Positions 1 to 10,276 of a stretch of 64,000 nt of DNA are shown piece by piece. The stretch lies in contig CAZWPK010000001.1 of the NCBI GenBank assembly GCA_964635905.1, positions 352,293 to 416,292 of the forward strand, in the 5' to 3' direction. Under the pieces are notes generated by a model that was given only the letters and a program-made list of their open reading frames with translations, searched no databases and was not told the DNA's origin. Source of the stretch: an uncultured Pseudomonadales bacterium. Its GTDB lineage: Bacteria; Patescibacteriota; Microgenomatia; UBA1400; UBA12028. Made by a program: the position numbers and the translations under genes. Position 1 is the first letter of the stretch; the number at the start of each line of letters is the position of its first letter.

Positions 1-3000
1 GGCTTCACCCAATGGCGCTTCGGAGGTAATTCCGATTGCATAGACGGAATCTGTGCTCCCAAACAATGCTTCTGGGTCTATTTCAAAGTCTGTTGTGGTG
101 TCTGGTCCTGGTGAAAATGCAGGGGTGACGGTGAGAGTTGTGGCAGTATTGGAAATAATACGTCGCGATTGTCCGGAGCCTGTTCCACCAGAAAGCATCA
201 CGATCATGCCTGAAAATTCGTTGGTCGTCCACGACTCTCCCGAGTCACCGATCGTAGTGGAACTCACGGTAGTCGCATCAGACACAGTGACCACACGTTT
301 CCCTACTGTTGGTCGCGCATCGTTATATAAGCGTCGTGCTTGCGCAGCAGACATTTGAGCAACCGTCGTTGCACCTGCGCTGAAGGTGACATCATCAATT
401 TGACCGTCCCAAAAGTTGAGAGCGTTTGCGGAAGCGCAGTTTGCTCCAGTTGTCGGGGAGCAGGACGCTCCAATCGTCACAATTTGGCTTCCATCTACAG
501 TTAGCGTGTTTCCTGTAGCGGTACTTAGGTTTAGAGGGTTTCCATCAATGTAGGAGTCCACGTCGTTTGCGTTCGTACGAGAGATAACTAATTGATGCCA
601 CAAGTTATCGTTATACGTTAGTGTCGATGTGGAGGTAATGTCGTAGGAAGAGCCTTGTGTCCACGTCGCATCATCGTCATTGGCAACAACGATCGTTCCA
701 GTACTTGTCATGTAGGCTGCCACACAGCCGATTGCTTGTCCTGGTGTGGCGTTGACACATTTTTCAAATAGCATATCGACACCTGCAATAGAGGTAGAAT
801 GCTTGAACCACAATGAGAGTGTCCAACCTGTTGTTGACATGTTAAAGCTCGTGTCTACATCGCAGGTTCCATTTTGATCGGCATCAGAACAGAGATATTG
901 GGAGGTTCCGTTCAAGGAGATTGCTTTTCCACGGACACCGGAGACACCTAAAGTCGGAGAGTTCACATACGTCATGTCGGTGTTATTGAAACTTATGTCT
1001 TGGGCTAGGGTTCCCGCGCTATCATCGAGCATTAAAGCCATATCAATCGCATTTGGCATCAACATCGTTTGTCGCGTTGTGTTGTAAAACTTTGACCAGC
1101 CATTGGTGAGCGTTGAGTGATCGTGGATCTCTGTTAGTCCCAAACTGTGACCAACGTAGATGATATCGGAAGCTTCTTCTGCTAGTGATCCTCGTTCAAT
1201 AACCTCCAAAGCATCCGGGGCACCGGCAATGATATTGGGGGTAGAGGTCCACAGTGCAGGACCAACTGATTCATCCCAGCGCCCATCGTACGCACCGTTG
1301 ATTTCACTGGCTTTATCGGTATCAAAGTTGTTCCAGCGCTCAACTTGATCAGAAGTCGTATTGAGGGCGTACATACGCCCTCTGCGGGTTAACTGAACTG
1401 CGGTGTAGTCATCTGCAGTGGCGTCGGAGTACTGAATAAGTTTTTGGGCGGCCAGATTAACCACGGTTATGCCAGAATCCGTTGCTAAACCGATAAAAGT
1501 ATTGCCCCCGCCTGGACTAGTGTTGGTGGCTGCACCGATTGCAATCGCAGTCGTGCTACCCGTAACTACAGCGACCGAAACATCATTGATTTTTTCCCAC
1601 TCTGCCGCAGTTCCAGAGACGGATAAATCTAAGGAAGTTGTTGTATCTAAGGAATAAGTCATCGCAGTGTTCCGTTGTCCAATTCCAACGGTGGCACTGG
1701 CACGATCAGTTCCATCAATGTTCCACATTCGATCATTCACGAAATCGATGATATACAGCCCCCCAGGAGAAGATCCGTTCGTTCCCACATAGATAACTCC
1801 ATTGACGGCTGTTACACTCGAAGGATCATTATTAGTATCCAGACCCAATGCATATCCGGATGCGTTTTGACTAAACTTCATCCACATATCGTTTGTTGCG
1901 GCATCGAAGATGTATAAAGCGTCGGTGGTAACCACAAGAATTGCTTTGCGCGGAAAATTTGTCGTGTAACAACGATCATCGTTAGCGATATCACAGGGGT
2001 CGGATGGTCCATCATCCAAGGTCTCGGTATACCAGGATAATTTATCAGTGGTAGCCCAATCGATCCAGCGACCACCATCACTATCTGCCGTCGTGTCATA
2101 GACATAAATATCTTTGATGTTGGAAAGCGAAGTCATTTGGGATAACCCAGCAGAAATCACATCTCCATAAATCGCCGCATTCCCGCGGTTGGTTCCGGAT
2201 CCAACTTGGAGCATACGTTCCGTTGAGCCTGTGACAGAAGATGTTCCAACCCCTACGCGGCCATTTCCATCGACAATGAATGGTGTGACATCAGCGGATT
2301 GATCATTAATACGCAATGCTAAATTGTTTGTTCCTGTGGCTTGATGATCAATGAGTAACGAAGTGTTCGCGTTCGCGGCACCCGTATTGGACACTTTTAA
2401 GACACTTCCATTATTTGAAAAATGAGAACCAGTTAAGGAAAATTCCGCAATAGAGCCTCCTGTAAAGTTAGTTGCACTCGAACTGACAGTTAACCCCTTT
2501 CCACTAGTCAGGGCATTAGCGGTGATTGCCAATCCAGTTTCGGTATCAATCGAATTTGCAGTAAGGTTGATTCCATTTGCAGCGTTGGAAAGTTGAACAA
2601 AGTCCGCAACTGCCATTGCAGCAGTAGTATTGTTTTGATTAAACTGCACGGCAAACGAACTATCACTTCCCGAAGAGGATGGGTTGGTGATGATGATGGA
2701 ATCATCCGTGGAGGACAAGGTGATGGTGGCATCGGAACCGTCAGCATCCGCTTCATAGGTTTGTTGTAGCGTCCCTGCTCCGCCAACCCCGCCCGCATCG
2801 GTTCCACAGGACAAAACTCCATTGCTATCGGTATCAATCGTGTCACAGTTTGCAAGATTACTGATTGCAAAGGTGGTTCCCGCATCGGTGGTAAAGACAA
2901 TGTCACCGGTGCCATCGGCAGTGAATGTTAAATTTTCATTGCTCACGGTGGTCATATCTGTAGTCGCTCCGGAAAAGGTGAGTCCGGTGGAGCCAATAGA

Positions 3001-3579
3001 TTTGTTCGTGAGTACCTCGACTCCAGCTAACGTTGCCAGGGTTCCCGTCGTTGGCAACGTCACAGTTGTCACTCCTGTTGTAGTGAAGGTTGTTGCATTG
3101 GCACCCGAAAACGTAATGACCGTACTGTTGGGAATGGTGAGTGTCCCCGTAGTATCCGTGACGGTAAGTCCTGAAACTTTGAGGGCATTCATCGCCTGCG
3201 GAACGGCTGAAAAGCGCACCCGAGGACTCATTTCCCCATCACCATTAAAGTTAATGCCTAAATAGATATTATCGGTATTAAAATCAACGGATCCCGGAAG
3301 TGTTGTAGTATCTCCTAAGTAAGTCTGGAAAATACCATTGGTAACTGTTAAGGTCTTTGTTTCTGTCCACACATGCGTACCCGCTGATGAGACGTCGTAG
3401 AGGCGGAAAGTAAAGCTATAATCTCCATCCGCAATATTTGTCCCTGTGGTTTTGTTGACAACCTTTCCTTGGAAATTAATTTGCTTAAAGGTACCGGTGG
3501 CTGCATTTGCTGTTCCAGCAAACATCCAGAGTAAACAAGATAGAAAAATGGTAACCGCGAATAGTCGCAAAACTCCCAT
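1..3579 (-). CDS. Giant secreted surface protein with a LamG/concanavalin-like lectin domain. Partial: the C-terminus runs off the window start.
   Basis: Hand translation of the minus strand from the ATG at 3579 gives an open frame to position 1 (>1,190 aa). N-terminal signal peptide MGVLRLFAVTIFLSCLLWMFAGTANA. LamG-like block LSLWFKHS...NLWHQLVISRT...FWDGQIDDVTF. Thr/Ser/Gly-rich beta repeats. It is missing from the ORF track because no stop codon falls inside the window. Confidence 0.7.
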   Translation of the reverse strand, partial: MGVLRLFAVTIFLSCLLWMFAGTANAATGTFKQINFQGKVVNKTTGTNIADGDYSFTFRLYDVSSAGTHVWTETKTLTVTNGIFQTYLGDTTTLPGSVDFNTDNIYLGINFNGDGEMSPRVRFSAVPQAMNALKVSGLTVTDTTGTLTIPNSTVITFSGANATTFTTTGVTTVTLPTTGTLATLAGVEVLTNKSIGSTGLTFSGATTDMTTVSNENLTFTADGTGDIVFTTDAGTTFAISNLANCDTIDTDSNGVLSCGTDAGGVGGAGTLQQTYEADADGSDATITLSSTDDSIIITNPSSSGSDSSFAVQFNQNNTTAAMAVADFVQLSNAANGINLTANSIDTETGLAITANALTSGKGLTVSSSATNFTGGSIAEFSLTGSHFSNNGSVLKVSNTGAANANTSLLIDHQATGTNNLALRINDQSADVTPFIVDGNGRVGVGTSSVTGSTERMLQVGSGTNRGNAAIYGDVISAGLSQMTSLSNIKDIYVYDTTADSDGGRWIDWATTDKLSWYTETLDDGPSDPCDIANDDRCYTTNFPRKAILVVTTDALYIFDAATNDMWMKFSQNASGYALGLDTNNDPSSVTAVNGVIYVGTNGSSPGGLYIIDFVNDRMWNIDGTDRASATVGIGQRNTAMTYSLDTTTSLDLSVSGTAAEWEKINDVSVAVVTGSTTAIAIGAATNTSPGGGNTFIGLATDSGITVVNLAAQKLIQYSDATADDYTAVQLTRRGRMYALNTTSDQVERWNNFDTDKASEINGAYDGRWDESVGPALWTSTPNIIAGAPDALEVIERGSLAEEASDIIYVGHSLGLTEIHDHSTLTNGWSKFYNTTRQTMLMPNAIDMALMLDDSAGTLAQDISFNNTDMTYVNSPTLGVSGVRGKAISLNGTSQYLCSDADQNGTCDVDTSFNMSTTGWTLSLWFKHSTSIAGVDMLFEKCVNATPGQAIGCVAAYMTSTGTIVVANDDDATWTQGSSYDITSTSTLTYNDNLWHQLVISRTNANDVDSYIDGNPLNLSTATGNTLTVDGSQIVTIGASCSPTTGANCASANALNFWDGQIDDVTFSAGATTVAQMSAAQARRLYNDARPTVGKRVVTVSDATTVSSTTIGDSGESWTTNEFSGMIVMLSGGTGSGQSRRIISNTATTLTVTPAFSPGPDTTTDFEIDPEALFGSTDSVYAIGITSEAPLGEA

Positions 3580-3633
3580 ACTTTCATCGTAACAATGTCT
3601 TTTGAAGGATGCAATGGCAGCGTAAGAAGTTGC

Positions 3634-4548
3634 TTAGTGTTGCGAGAGTCGAAGTGTCCACAAATGTTGCGCGATTTTAACTGTTGCTATTTCTTGAGGT
3701 GTGTCGGAAGTAATTTCTTTCTGAACACTTTTGTAGAGCAGATGCTGAGGTTGAAGGGATTCTCCATCATAAACCTCAATACAGTAGCGTTCCTTTTCTT
3801 CAGATGTGAATAATGAATCAAACAATTCGTTGACACGAAAGGCCAAATTCACTGTTCCAATGAAGGTGGATTTTCGAAGCTGTGGGGTATCTATCGATGC
3901 ACCAGGAATGTATAAGGGTAACACTAAATAGAAACTGGGAGTATTGGTTGTGACTGCCCGAACTACGGAGGACAGTTGTGGGGAATTTGTGTCTCTAGCC
4001 CGCTCCAACACAGCTGCTCGTTGCGGTTCAGAAGTAAAGTCAAAACCCATCCCTTTGATCGTAACCTCATTGAGTGGTTCCATATACGTTATGACCATAT
4101 ACTCGGATTTACGTTCATCTGGGAAAATTGTAAAGCTCGGGTATCCAGTTTCTTGTAAAGACGTATCTTGCCGAACTTGGGCGATATACGAGAGCCGGTC
4201 TTCCTCCTTAACGCGCTTCATATACGCCACGGTTGCAACTCCTGGATATCGACGCGATATATCCAGGGATGTGACAAACTGTCTCCATTCTCTTCGAGTA
4301 ACTGAATCACTCGCACTAAACATGGCTCGAGCAGCGTAAAGTAAATTAATATTCGCGTTCATGCGTTCTTCAATTCGTGATGTCATTTGTCCGGCAGACT
4401 TTACAAACTCTTCGCGTTCAACGCGTTGGTCGGAATAGACTAAAGCTCGAAATGTCCAACTGGCAATCAGAAAAATCGAAATTGCGGCCAAGGTAATAAA
4501 CCCCCTTGTGACAAATATTGAAAAGTTGGATTGTTTTACGATCGCCAT
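3634..4548 (-). CDS. Membrane-anchored CHASE-domain sensor protein with no output domain.
   Basis: N-terminal TM helix, then CHASE-like motifs (YPGVATVAYMKRV, YMVITYMEPLNEV, GFDFTSEPQRAAVLERARDT, YLVLPLY). The ORF stops directly after the sensor domain. Confidence 0.5.
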   Translation of the reverse strand: MAIVKQSNFSIFVTRGFITLAAISIFLIASWTFRALVYSDQRVEREEFVKSAGQMTSRIEERMNANINLLYAARAMFSASDSVTRREWRQFVTSLDISRRYPGVATVAYMKRVKEEDRLSYIAQVRQDTSLQETGYPSFTIFPDERKSEYMVITYMEPLNEVTIKGMGFDFTSEPQRAAVLERARDTNSPQLSSVVRAVTTNTPSFYLVLPLYIPGASIDTPQLRKSTFIGTVNLAFRVNELFDSLFTSEEKERYCIEVYDGESLQPQHLLYKSVQKEITSDTPQEIATVKIAQHLWTLRLSQH

Positions 4549-4569
4549 ATCCGTTATGATGAAAGAGCT

Positions 4570-6876
4570 ATGTCTCGATTTCGAGCTTTTGTTCTTCTTC
4601 TTACCTTCATCATACCGTTTTTTGTGGCATTTTCTAGCGTATCTGCCTTTGACGATACAGGCACTGTTGCCGTGACTGGCTCGGTTGGAGCGTCTGCCAC
4701 TGATGTTTCGTTAGGAATAGAGAGTTCTGCAGGATCAGAAGTTTCATCAGGATCAGAGATTACCTACACAATCACCTACGGATCTACGTCACCAATCTCC
4801 TTTCCGGTGACACTAGTAGCTCAATGGGAGAAAGGGAGTATTGAAGGAGCTATTGGACCGACGGTAGAGCTATTGACCTATACAGAAGGTAGCGCTACGA
4901 CAGCCTATGGTGGTACTGTACCCGTCATTGACGTTGTAAACCGAAAAATAACCTGGACAATACCATCGTTTCCAGCGCAAACAGTGGATCAAACAGTTCA
5001 GTTCGTACTCACAACTACATCGGAATATCGAGGATCCAAGAATGTGACCGCCAGAGTAACTGCAATGGTCACTACTCCCTCCGGTGTTCCTGATAAAACT
5101 GTGGTAACCACCTACAAATATCAAGAACCAGCACAGACATCGACTCCAACACCCACTCCTTCCTCCACAACAGCACCTCTCGTCAGCTCCCCCAGTTTTG
5201 AGCAAATTGAATTGGTCGAGTTGTCCGATACGCGTGCCACCTTTCGTATAACCTCGAATTCTGAGCTTCAAGTGACAGCAAAGCTAGGGACCAACACTGC
5301 ATCCATGGCAGAACGTGTTACGACGGCTGCACGATCAAAGCTACAACCACTGACACTTGTAGAGCTTTCTCCGGATACAACATATTTTGTTCAGTTTACG
5401 GGGATCAATGGAGCTGGAAGTCGAGTGACATCAAGTATCTACACCTTTAAAACAAGTAGCAAAGCTAATCCGGATTTGATTGTCGATCGTAATTCTATCG
5501 TTGTATCGCAATCCTGGGGAATTTTATTTAATCAGTCGATGCTGCAAAAGCCTACTGACTTGCCGCATTTTTCAGTCAGTCAGAATACGATGCTAGATTT
5601 TCTCTTTCGGATCCCCCTATCCAGAGACTTAAAGGAAGCGACATTGTTGTTGCGGGACCCTTATGTTTTAGGAATCTCTTCGGATCCTGAAAGTGACTAC
5701 TCTTCTTCAACGACACGGTTAGTGGAAGTGAATCCTGGAACCTTTGTTGGAAAAATAAAAACTCCATTGTTAAGTCGGACGTATGAGATTGCGATTCGCA
5801 CGGAAGATATCTATGGCAATTTGTATGAACAGACCGTAGGTCAAACTACTGTTGTTCAACCATTTCGAGTGGTTGATACTGCCTCTAAACCACTCTGGGG
5901 TGCGGAAGTATTATTGTGGTCGTATCAAGATAAAACGCGACAATTTGAACTTGCACCGTTTAATGCGCTTTCCTTTCAAAACCCCATCATTACAAACAAA
6001 AACGGCACTGCGGATTTTTCACTGATCCCAGGTCGGTATAAGGCCCGTGTCAGTATGACAGGGTTTGAAACCAAAGAAGTGGAATTTGATATAACTGCGC
6101 CCCAAAGTGAAGATCTTCCCGTTGTATCGCTTCGGCCAGTGCGATTTGGCATCCTTGGACGCTTTATGACGGGAATAGAGCTTGGGCGTCAAAACTTGAA
6201 ACTCACCATCGGTGCTCTTCCGCAGGCAAATCCGACGGGTTCGCTCTATGATGTGTTACTGCCCTTTAATCTGGTGTTCCTTTTCTTACTGATTATCGCA
6301 ATTGTGTTTCAGTTACGCATTCTCCGGTTTCCATTGCGAACCCTACTCTCTCATTTGAAGTCGAAGAACTCACAGATGTTCTCAGTCGTGTTAGAGGACG
6401 CGTCAACTTCCAGTCGGGTTTCAAATGCCATGATCTATTTGGTGGATGAACAAAAACATTTAATTGTCGCTCGTGCAAAGACGGGATTGGATGGATCTGT
6501 TCAGTTCCCCTTGGCGCTCGTACCAGCCATAAGTTCCTTCTTCATCAAGCGTCATGGCTACATACTGCCCAGTCACCCAACGTATAACAAGGCTGAAATC
6601 CAAGGTAACGCAACGATCCCCGTAACGGTGGAGCAGTTACCAGCAACCACAGTACTGACACTCTTAGCTCAGGAACTTCGATCCATGAGTAGTGAATTTA
6701 TCGGCTTTGGCAGCGAAGCGTTTCTAACTCTCTCGTTATTATGTACGCTATTATTCACGATGACCTTAACACCGACTAGAACGATTGTCTTTGCATCTCT
6801 GACACTCTTAAATGTGGCGCTTTGGCTGATTATTGCGCGGCATTCGTATGGATTACGCATCCAGAAGAATGTGTAA
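4570..6876 (+). CDS. Large secreted, membrane-anchored protein with two carboxypeptidase-regulatory-like (transthyretin-like) domains and C-terminal TM helices.
   Basis: 781-aa ORF in the track (4531, TTG start); the first ATG is at 4570 (MSRFRAFVLLL...). CarbopepD_reg-like blocks (VVDTASKPLWGAEVLL...GRYKARVSMTGFETKEVEFDI and VVLEDASTSS...DGSVQF) alternate with hydrophobic helices. Confidence 0.45.
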   Translation: MSRFRAFVLLLTFIIPFFVAFSSVSAFDDTGTVAVTGSVGASATDVSLGIESSAGSEVSSGSEITYTITYGSTSPISFPVTLVAQWEKGSIEGAIGPTVELLTYTEGSATTAYGGTVPVIDVVNRKITWTIPSFPAQTVDQTVQFVLTTTSEYRGSKNVTARVTAMVTTPSGVPDKTVVTTYKYQEPAQTSTPTPTPSSTTAPLVSSPSFEQIELVELSDTRATFRITSNSELQVTAKLGTNTASMAERVTTAARSKLQPLTLVELSPDTTYFVQFTGINGAGSRVTSSIYTFKTSSKANPDLIVDRNSIVVSQSWGILFNQSMLQKPTDLPHFSVSQNTMLDFLFRIPLSRDLKEATLLLRDPYVLGISSDPESDYSSSTTRLVEVNPGTFVGKIKTPLLSRTYEIAIRTEDIYGNLYEQTVGQTTVVQPFRVVDTASKPLWGAEVLLWSYQDKTRQFELAPFNALSFQNPIITNKNGTADFSLIPGRYKARVSMTGFETKEVEFDITAPQSEDLPVVSLRPVRFGILGRFMTGIELGRQNLKLTIGALPQANPTGSLYDVLLPFNLVFLFLLIIAIVFQLRILRFPLRTLLSHLKSKNSQMFSVVLEDASTSSRVSNAMIYLVDEQKHLIVARAKTGLDGSVQFPLALVPAISSFFIKRHGYILPSHPTYNKAEIQGNATIPVTVEQLPATTVLTLLAQELRSMSSEFIGFGSEAFLTLSLLCTLLFTMTLTPTRTIVFASLTLLNVALWLIIARHSYGLRIQKNV

Positions 6877-7572
6877 TTACTGAACGTTTTCTCCGAGGAT
6901 GACTAACAGATCTGCACTGGGTTTTTGTTCGATTGCAGGAAGAGATCCAACGGTACCGCCATACGCTTTTGCTAGTGTTTGTGCTAAGGTGGGCTGTTTT
7001 CCAGAAAGATCAACAACCATAGTTGCGGGATATTGCTGCGCTGCAGTGGCTTTGTTTGTGACTTGAAGCTGAGGATATTCCGAACTAATTCGCTTCTCAA
7101 AAGCCGTTGCCAACCCGGTTCGAGTGGTGCCGTTATAGAGAGCCACGGGAATTCCTGTCGGTGTTAAGGAAGAGGGGGACGCGGATTCTGTTGCCTCTGT
7201 ATTGGTTCGAATAGTGGTAATGTCGATAACTTTTTGAATTGATGGTCGATACAAGATTGCTTTTCCTGCCTGGGTGTAGAGCAACACTTTGTCACCATTT
7301 TGAGACTGTGCAAAGAATGGTTGGCTTGCGAGTTTGTCTTTATCGGTTACTGTTGCAATCGTTGGCGTTTCATTTGGTGGTAACAGCATTCCCTTCTCAA
7401 TGGACGCAACAATGGAATTTAATTCTGCTTCTGCTTGAGCGGCTGCTTTGGCCGGGGCATCCGATAATTTCTTGTATTGGTAGTAATACCACCCTGCTGT
7501 GGATGTGGAAATCAGCAGGACGAGTCCTCCAAAAATATATGGTAGTACCCGAAACAAAGAAGGTCGTTGCAT
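6877..7572 (-). CDS. LytR_C-domain (LytR cell-envelope-related C-terminal) protein, N-terminally membrane anchored.
   Basis: TM helix near the N-terminus. C-terminal block ALYNGTTRTGLATAFEKRI...TMVVDLSGKQPTLAQTLAKAYGG...ADLLVILG is typical of LytR_C. Confidence 0.5.
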   Translation of the reverse strand: MQRPSLFRVLPYIFGGLVLLISTSTAGWYYYQYKKLSDAPAKAAAQAEAELNSIVASIEKGMLLPPNETPTIATVTDKDKLASQPFFAQSQNGDKVLLYTQAGKAILYRPSIQKVIDITTIRTNTEATESASPSSLTPTGIPVALYNGTTRTGLATAFEKRISSEYPQLQVTNKATAAQQYPATMVVDLSGKQPTLAQTLAKAYGGTVGSLPAIEQKPSADLLVILGENVQ

Positions 7573-7587
7573 ATCGATAGACTACTA

Positions 7588-8640
7588 TTAAAATGTTGCA
7601 CTGGCAATGAGAGTAATCGTGTCAGTGTAGTCACTGGAAGCGGGAGTGAGTCCACTTGCTTTGGCTTTTACCAGTATTGCACTTCGTCCACTACTGATCC
7701 GATTTCCTGAGGATGTCAGGATATTTCTGGAGGTTGTGGAAACAATTCCTACGTTGTCACTTGCCCCATTATACGGACTGACAGCGGCAAGCGGACCCCC
7801 TGAGGACTGCGTAACAGACTCAACACGCAAACCATACCCCTCATCTACCGATGCTAGGTTTGCTGTTGCTGAGGTCAGTGTATATGAGGCGTTAGTACTA
7901 GTTAACCCGGTTCCACTGGAGTAAATGTATACAAACGCACCGGACTCGCTATTGGTGTCTAGATCCACCCAAATCTTATTGGTTGCAGTTGTTACCGAAC
8001 CTGGTGATAATTGTCCAACCGCAATGGTATATGGTGGTCCGGATTCACTATCTGAGCTGGCGATATCAATATCATAGCTAAGACTTGGATTTGTCGTCGC
8101 CGCAGTGGAGGTGCTACTAAATTCTGTTTCAGTATATTTTGTCTGGACTGCTTTCACTTTGATTTTGTAGGTAGTGTTACTACTCAAACCAGTTACGAAT
8201 TCCCCACTAGCTCCGCCCCAATCTGCGTATGTTTGATAGACTGCAGTCGCTCCAACAGTGCCATCGGACTGAATGTAAGATGTCGTAGCAAAGTCATCGC
8301 TACTAATGGCGATGACATACAGCGTATCTGATGGGTTGCTCGTATTCTCCAAAATGAATTGCAGTCGATTATAGTAATTATCCGGGTTACTAAACGTAGG
8401 GGCACCTGGCACATTGCTTTGTCGTGCAAAGGTCAGTCCAGGGCCAAGATCATAGGCTGTACCAGTCAGTTCATTTCCCGATACTTCCCCAGATATCCCA
8501 CTGATGGAATACGAGGAAGAGTTTCCAACTCCAACTCCCCCGCTTCCCAACCCCATGTCATGCAGTTGGTAGTTTGTACTAGACGGCAGAGCGAATAAAA
8601 AAAAGCCAGCAAGTAGTGTTGAACGTTGACTCCAGTTCAT
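7588..8640 (-). CDS. Secreted beta-rich surface protein, a candidate WxL-like or CscB/C-like cargo. Paralog of the 12304..13362 gene.
   Basis: Signal peptide and an FN3-like stretch (TYKIKVKAVQTKYTETEFS). The C-terminal motif SGLTPASSDYTDTITLIASATF is shared with the paralog (SGLTEAASDYADTLTVVGSGIF). Confidence 0.45.
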   Translation of the reverse strand: MNWSQRSTLLAGFFLFALPSSTNYQLHDMGLGSGGVGVGNSSSYSISGISGEVSGNELTGTAYDLGPGLTFARQSNVPGAPTFSNPDNYYNRLQFILENTSNPSDTLYVIAISSDDFATTSYIQSDGTVGATAVYQTYADWGGASGEFVTGLSSNTTYKIKVKAVQTKYTETEFSSTSTAATTNPSLSYDIDIASSDSESGPPYTIAVGQLSPGSVTTATNKIWVDLDTNSESGAFVYIYSSGTGLTSTNASYTLTSATANLASVDEGYGLRVESVTQSSGGPLAAVSPYNGASDNVGIVSTTSRNILTSSGNRISSGRSAILVKAKASGLTPASSDYTDTITLIASATF

Positions 8641-8660
8641 ATCTAGAGTTGTAGCATGAT

Positions 8661-9257
8661 TTACTCTTGCATCTCAAGTGTGGAAACAAGTTCAGTAAAG
8701 GATACTGCGTTGGGATTGGGAATTCCCGTTGCCGCAATCGAAACAGTCCATTCCTCTGATGCCAGAAATATTGTCGATGTATCAGATTCTATAAATTGTA
8801 GTGTTTCCGGCCAGCCAGTAGCCGGAGCTTGCGTTGGAACAAACTGTTCTGGGCGTTGTAATCGGGTCAGTACAGCGGTTTGTTCCAAAAGCGGACCTTG
8901 AGATGGTTTGGCTTGAATTGCAAGTCGTCCACTTGGGATCAATTTTGCCTTGAGTATACAATCATCTTGCACTGGCAAGTGCTCCAGCGTATGTGGCCAA
9001 GGGATCGAGATGGAAAAGCACGGTGTTCGATACTGTTGTGTCCCTAACACGGCCGTGGTTGGTGGAGGTGTGGCCATGGATACTTCATTCCACATGCTGG
9101 TGCCGGTTTCTCGTTGCTCTCGGATAAAATCCGTGGCTCGCTTAGACAACACACCAGTGGAACGTAAAGCTGCTACCTCGTCAAATGTCGCGACACTATG
9201 AAATAAAGGAGCACAGATCACTGCAAATGCTAGTAACTGTAGGAATCGTATGATCAT
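8661..9257 (-). CDS. Small secreted hypothetical protein within the surface cluster.
   Basis: 198-aa ORF with an N-terminal hydrophobic signal. No recognisable motif. Confidence 0.35.
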   Translation of the reverse strand: MIIRFLQLLAFAVICAPLFHSVATFDEVAALRSTGVLSKRATDFIREQRETGTSMWNEVSMATPPPTTAVLGTQQYRTPCFSISIPWPHTLEHLPVQDDCILKAKLIPSGRLAIQAKPSQGPLLEQTAVLTRLQRPEQFVPTQAPATGWPETLQFIESDTSTIFLASEEWTVSIAATGIPNPNAVSFTELVSTLEMQE

Positions 9258-10276
9258 GTCTTCCTTTTAGACTGTTTCCAACTAAGATATGCAACGACAG
9301 CTAACACGGGACACAAAAGTAGTAGCGCTGAGGGGGCATCAAGGATTACCACAACCCCTTCTTGCGTAAATTTCACATCTCCTGGTTCCGAGTGACCGGT
9401 GATGTTTACCGTGTAAGCTAAGGATGGAAGCAAGGGTCGAATGCTTCGAAGTGACACGCTGAGTTCGCGTTGCGCCCGTGGAAGTACGATAAACGATCCT
9501 TCGTTAATTGTTCCCTCTAGTACAGTTCTGCCCCAGAGATCTGTAATGGTGATTGTTCCTCTGGGAATGACATGAATATTTCCCTGATTTTCAAATAGTA
9601 ACGGGACGGTCGAGGGAAACTGGGGTTGGAAAAATGATTGCAACAACTCGACCTTACCCAACGATAAGTGGTACTGTTCCCCACCAATTTTTCGGATTAG
9701 TAAAAAAGATGATAGTGCGGGAACAACGGAGGGTGTGTCCTGAATCGACGATGAATTGGAACGTATGACCACAGCCGCATAGTGTCCACCGGGTGCTAAA
9801 TTTAATTGGTTTGCTACCCGCACTGTTAATGACTGGGTTTGTCCGGCTTTCAGCACAAATGTGGCAGGTGTCACCGTAATCGAGTCAGCTATAGAAACTG
9901 ACTCACTCGTGACGGGTTTATCCGTGAGAATTGTTGTTCCCTGACTATCAACTTGCGAAAACAAGAAGACAGAGGCGCTAAACTCTAAGTCTTTTTCAGT
10001 GGAATTATGCAATGTGAGCTCTTGAGTCGTTTCAAGACTGCCTTCCGATAATGAGAGCTGAGCAAATGGTGGACTAAGCGTGACTGTCGAATCCGTTGTC
10101 TGTGCTTGCACGGACAATGGAGAAATCACTACTCCTAGATAGACGGTGGCGGCGGCGAACGCTGCAATTTGGAGCGAATAAAGCGTACGAACGAACCGAT
10201 AGTGGTTCGTAAACCAATTCCAATAAATATGACAATGAGCAAAACTGCGAGACATATTCTCCATGGGATTACCCAA
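9254..10276 (-). CDS. CscA-like surface protein (DUF916/WxLIP_PGBD plus DUF3324/WxLIP_HBD-like architecture) with a C-terminal TM anchor. The start is uncertain.
   Basis: Signal peptide, two beta-sandwich-like halves, motif NQGNIHVIPRGTITI, and a C-terminal TM (ALLLLCPVLAVVAYLSW) followed by KQSKRKT. Paralog of the next two genes. The ORF-track start overlaps the upstream gene by ~140 nt, so the true start is probably internal (e.g. ~10255) or a frameshift is present. Confidence 0.45.
   Translation of the reverse strand: MGNPMENMSRSFAHCHIYWNWFTNHYRFVRTLYSLQIAAFAAATVYLGVVISPLSVQAQTTDSTVTLSPPFAQLSLSEGSLETTQELTLHNSTEKDLEFSASVFLFSQVDSQGTTILTDKPVTSESVSIADSITVTPATFVLKAGQTQSLTVRVANQLNLAPGGHYAAVVIRSNSSSIQDTPSVVPALSSFLLIRKIGGEQYHLSLGKVELLQSFFQPQFPSTVPLLFENQGNIHVIPRGTITITDLWGRTVLEGTINEGSFIVLPRAQRELSVSLRSIRPLLPSLAYTVNITGHSEPGDVKFTQEGVVVILDAPSALLLLCPVLAVVAYLSWKQSKRKT

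Noticed and set aside
53-3614. Numerous 60-150-aa ORFs in the track (e.g. 53..358, 2822..3265, 2508..2915, 3348..3614)
   Set aside because: All lie inside or antisense to the continuous >1,190-codon LamG surface-protein frame on the minus strand. They are low-complexity Thr/Val/Ser translations typical of alternative frames of a repetitive gene.
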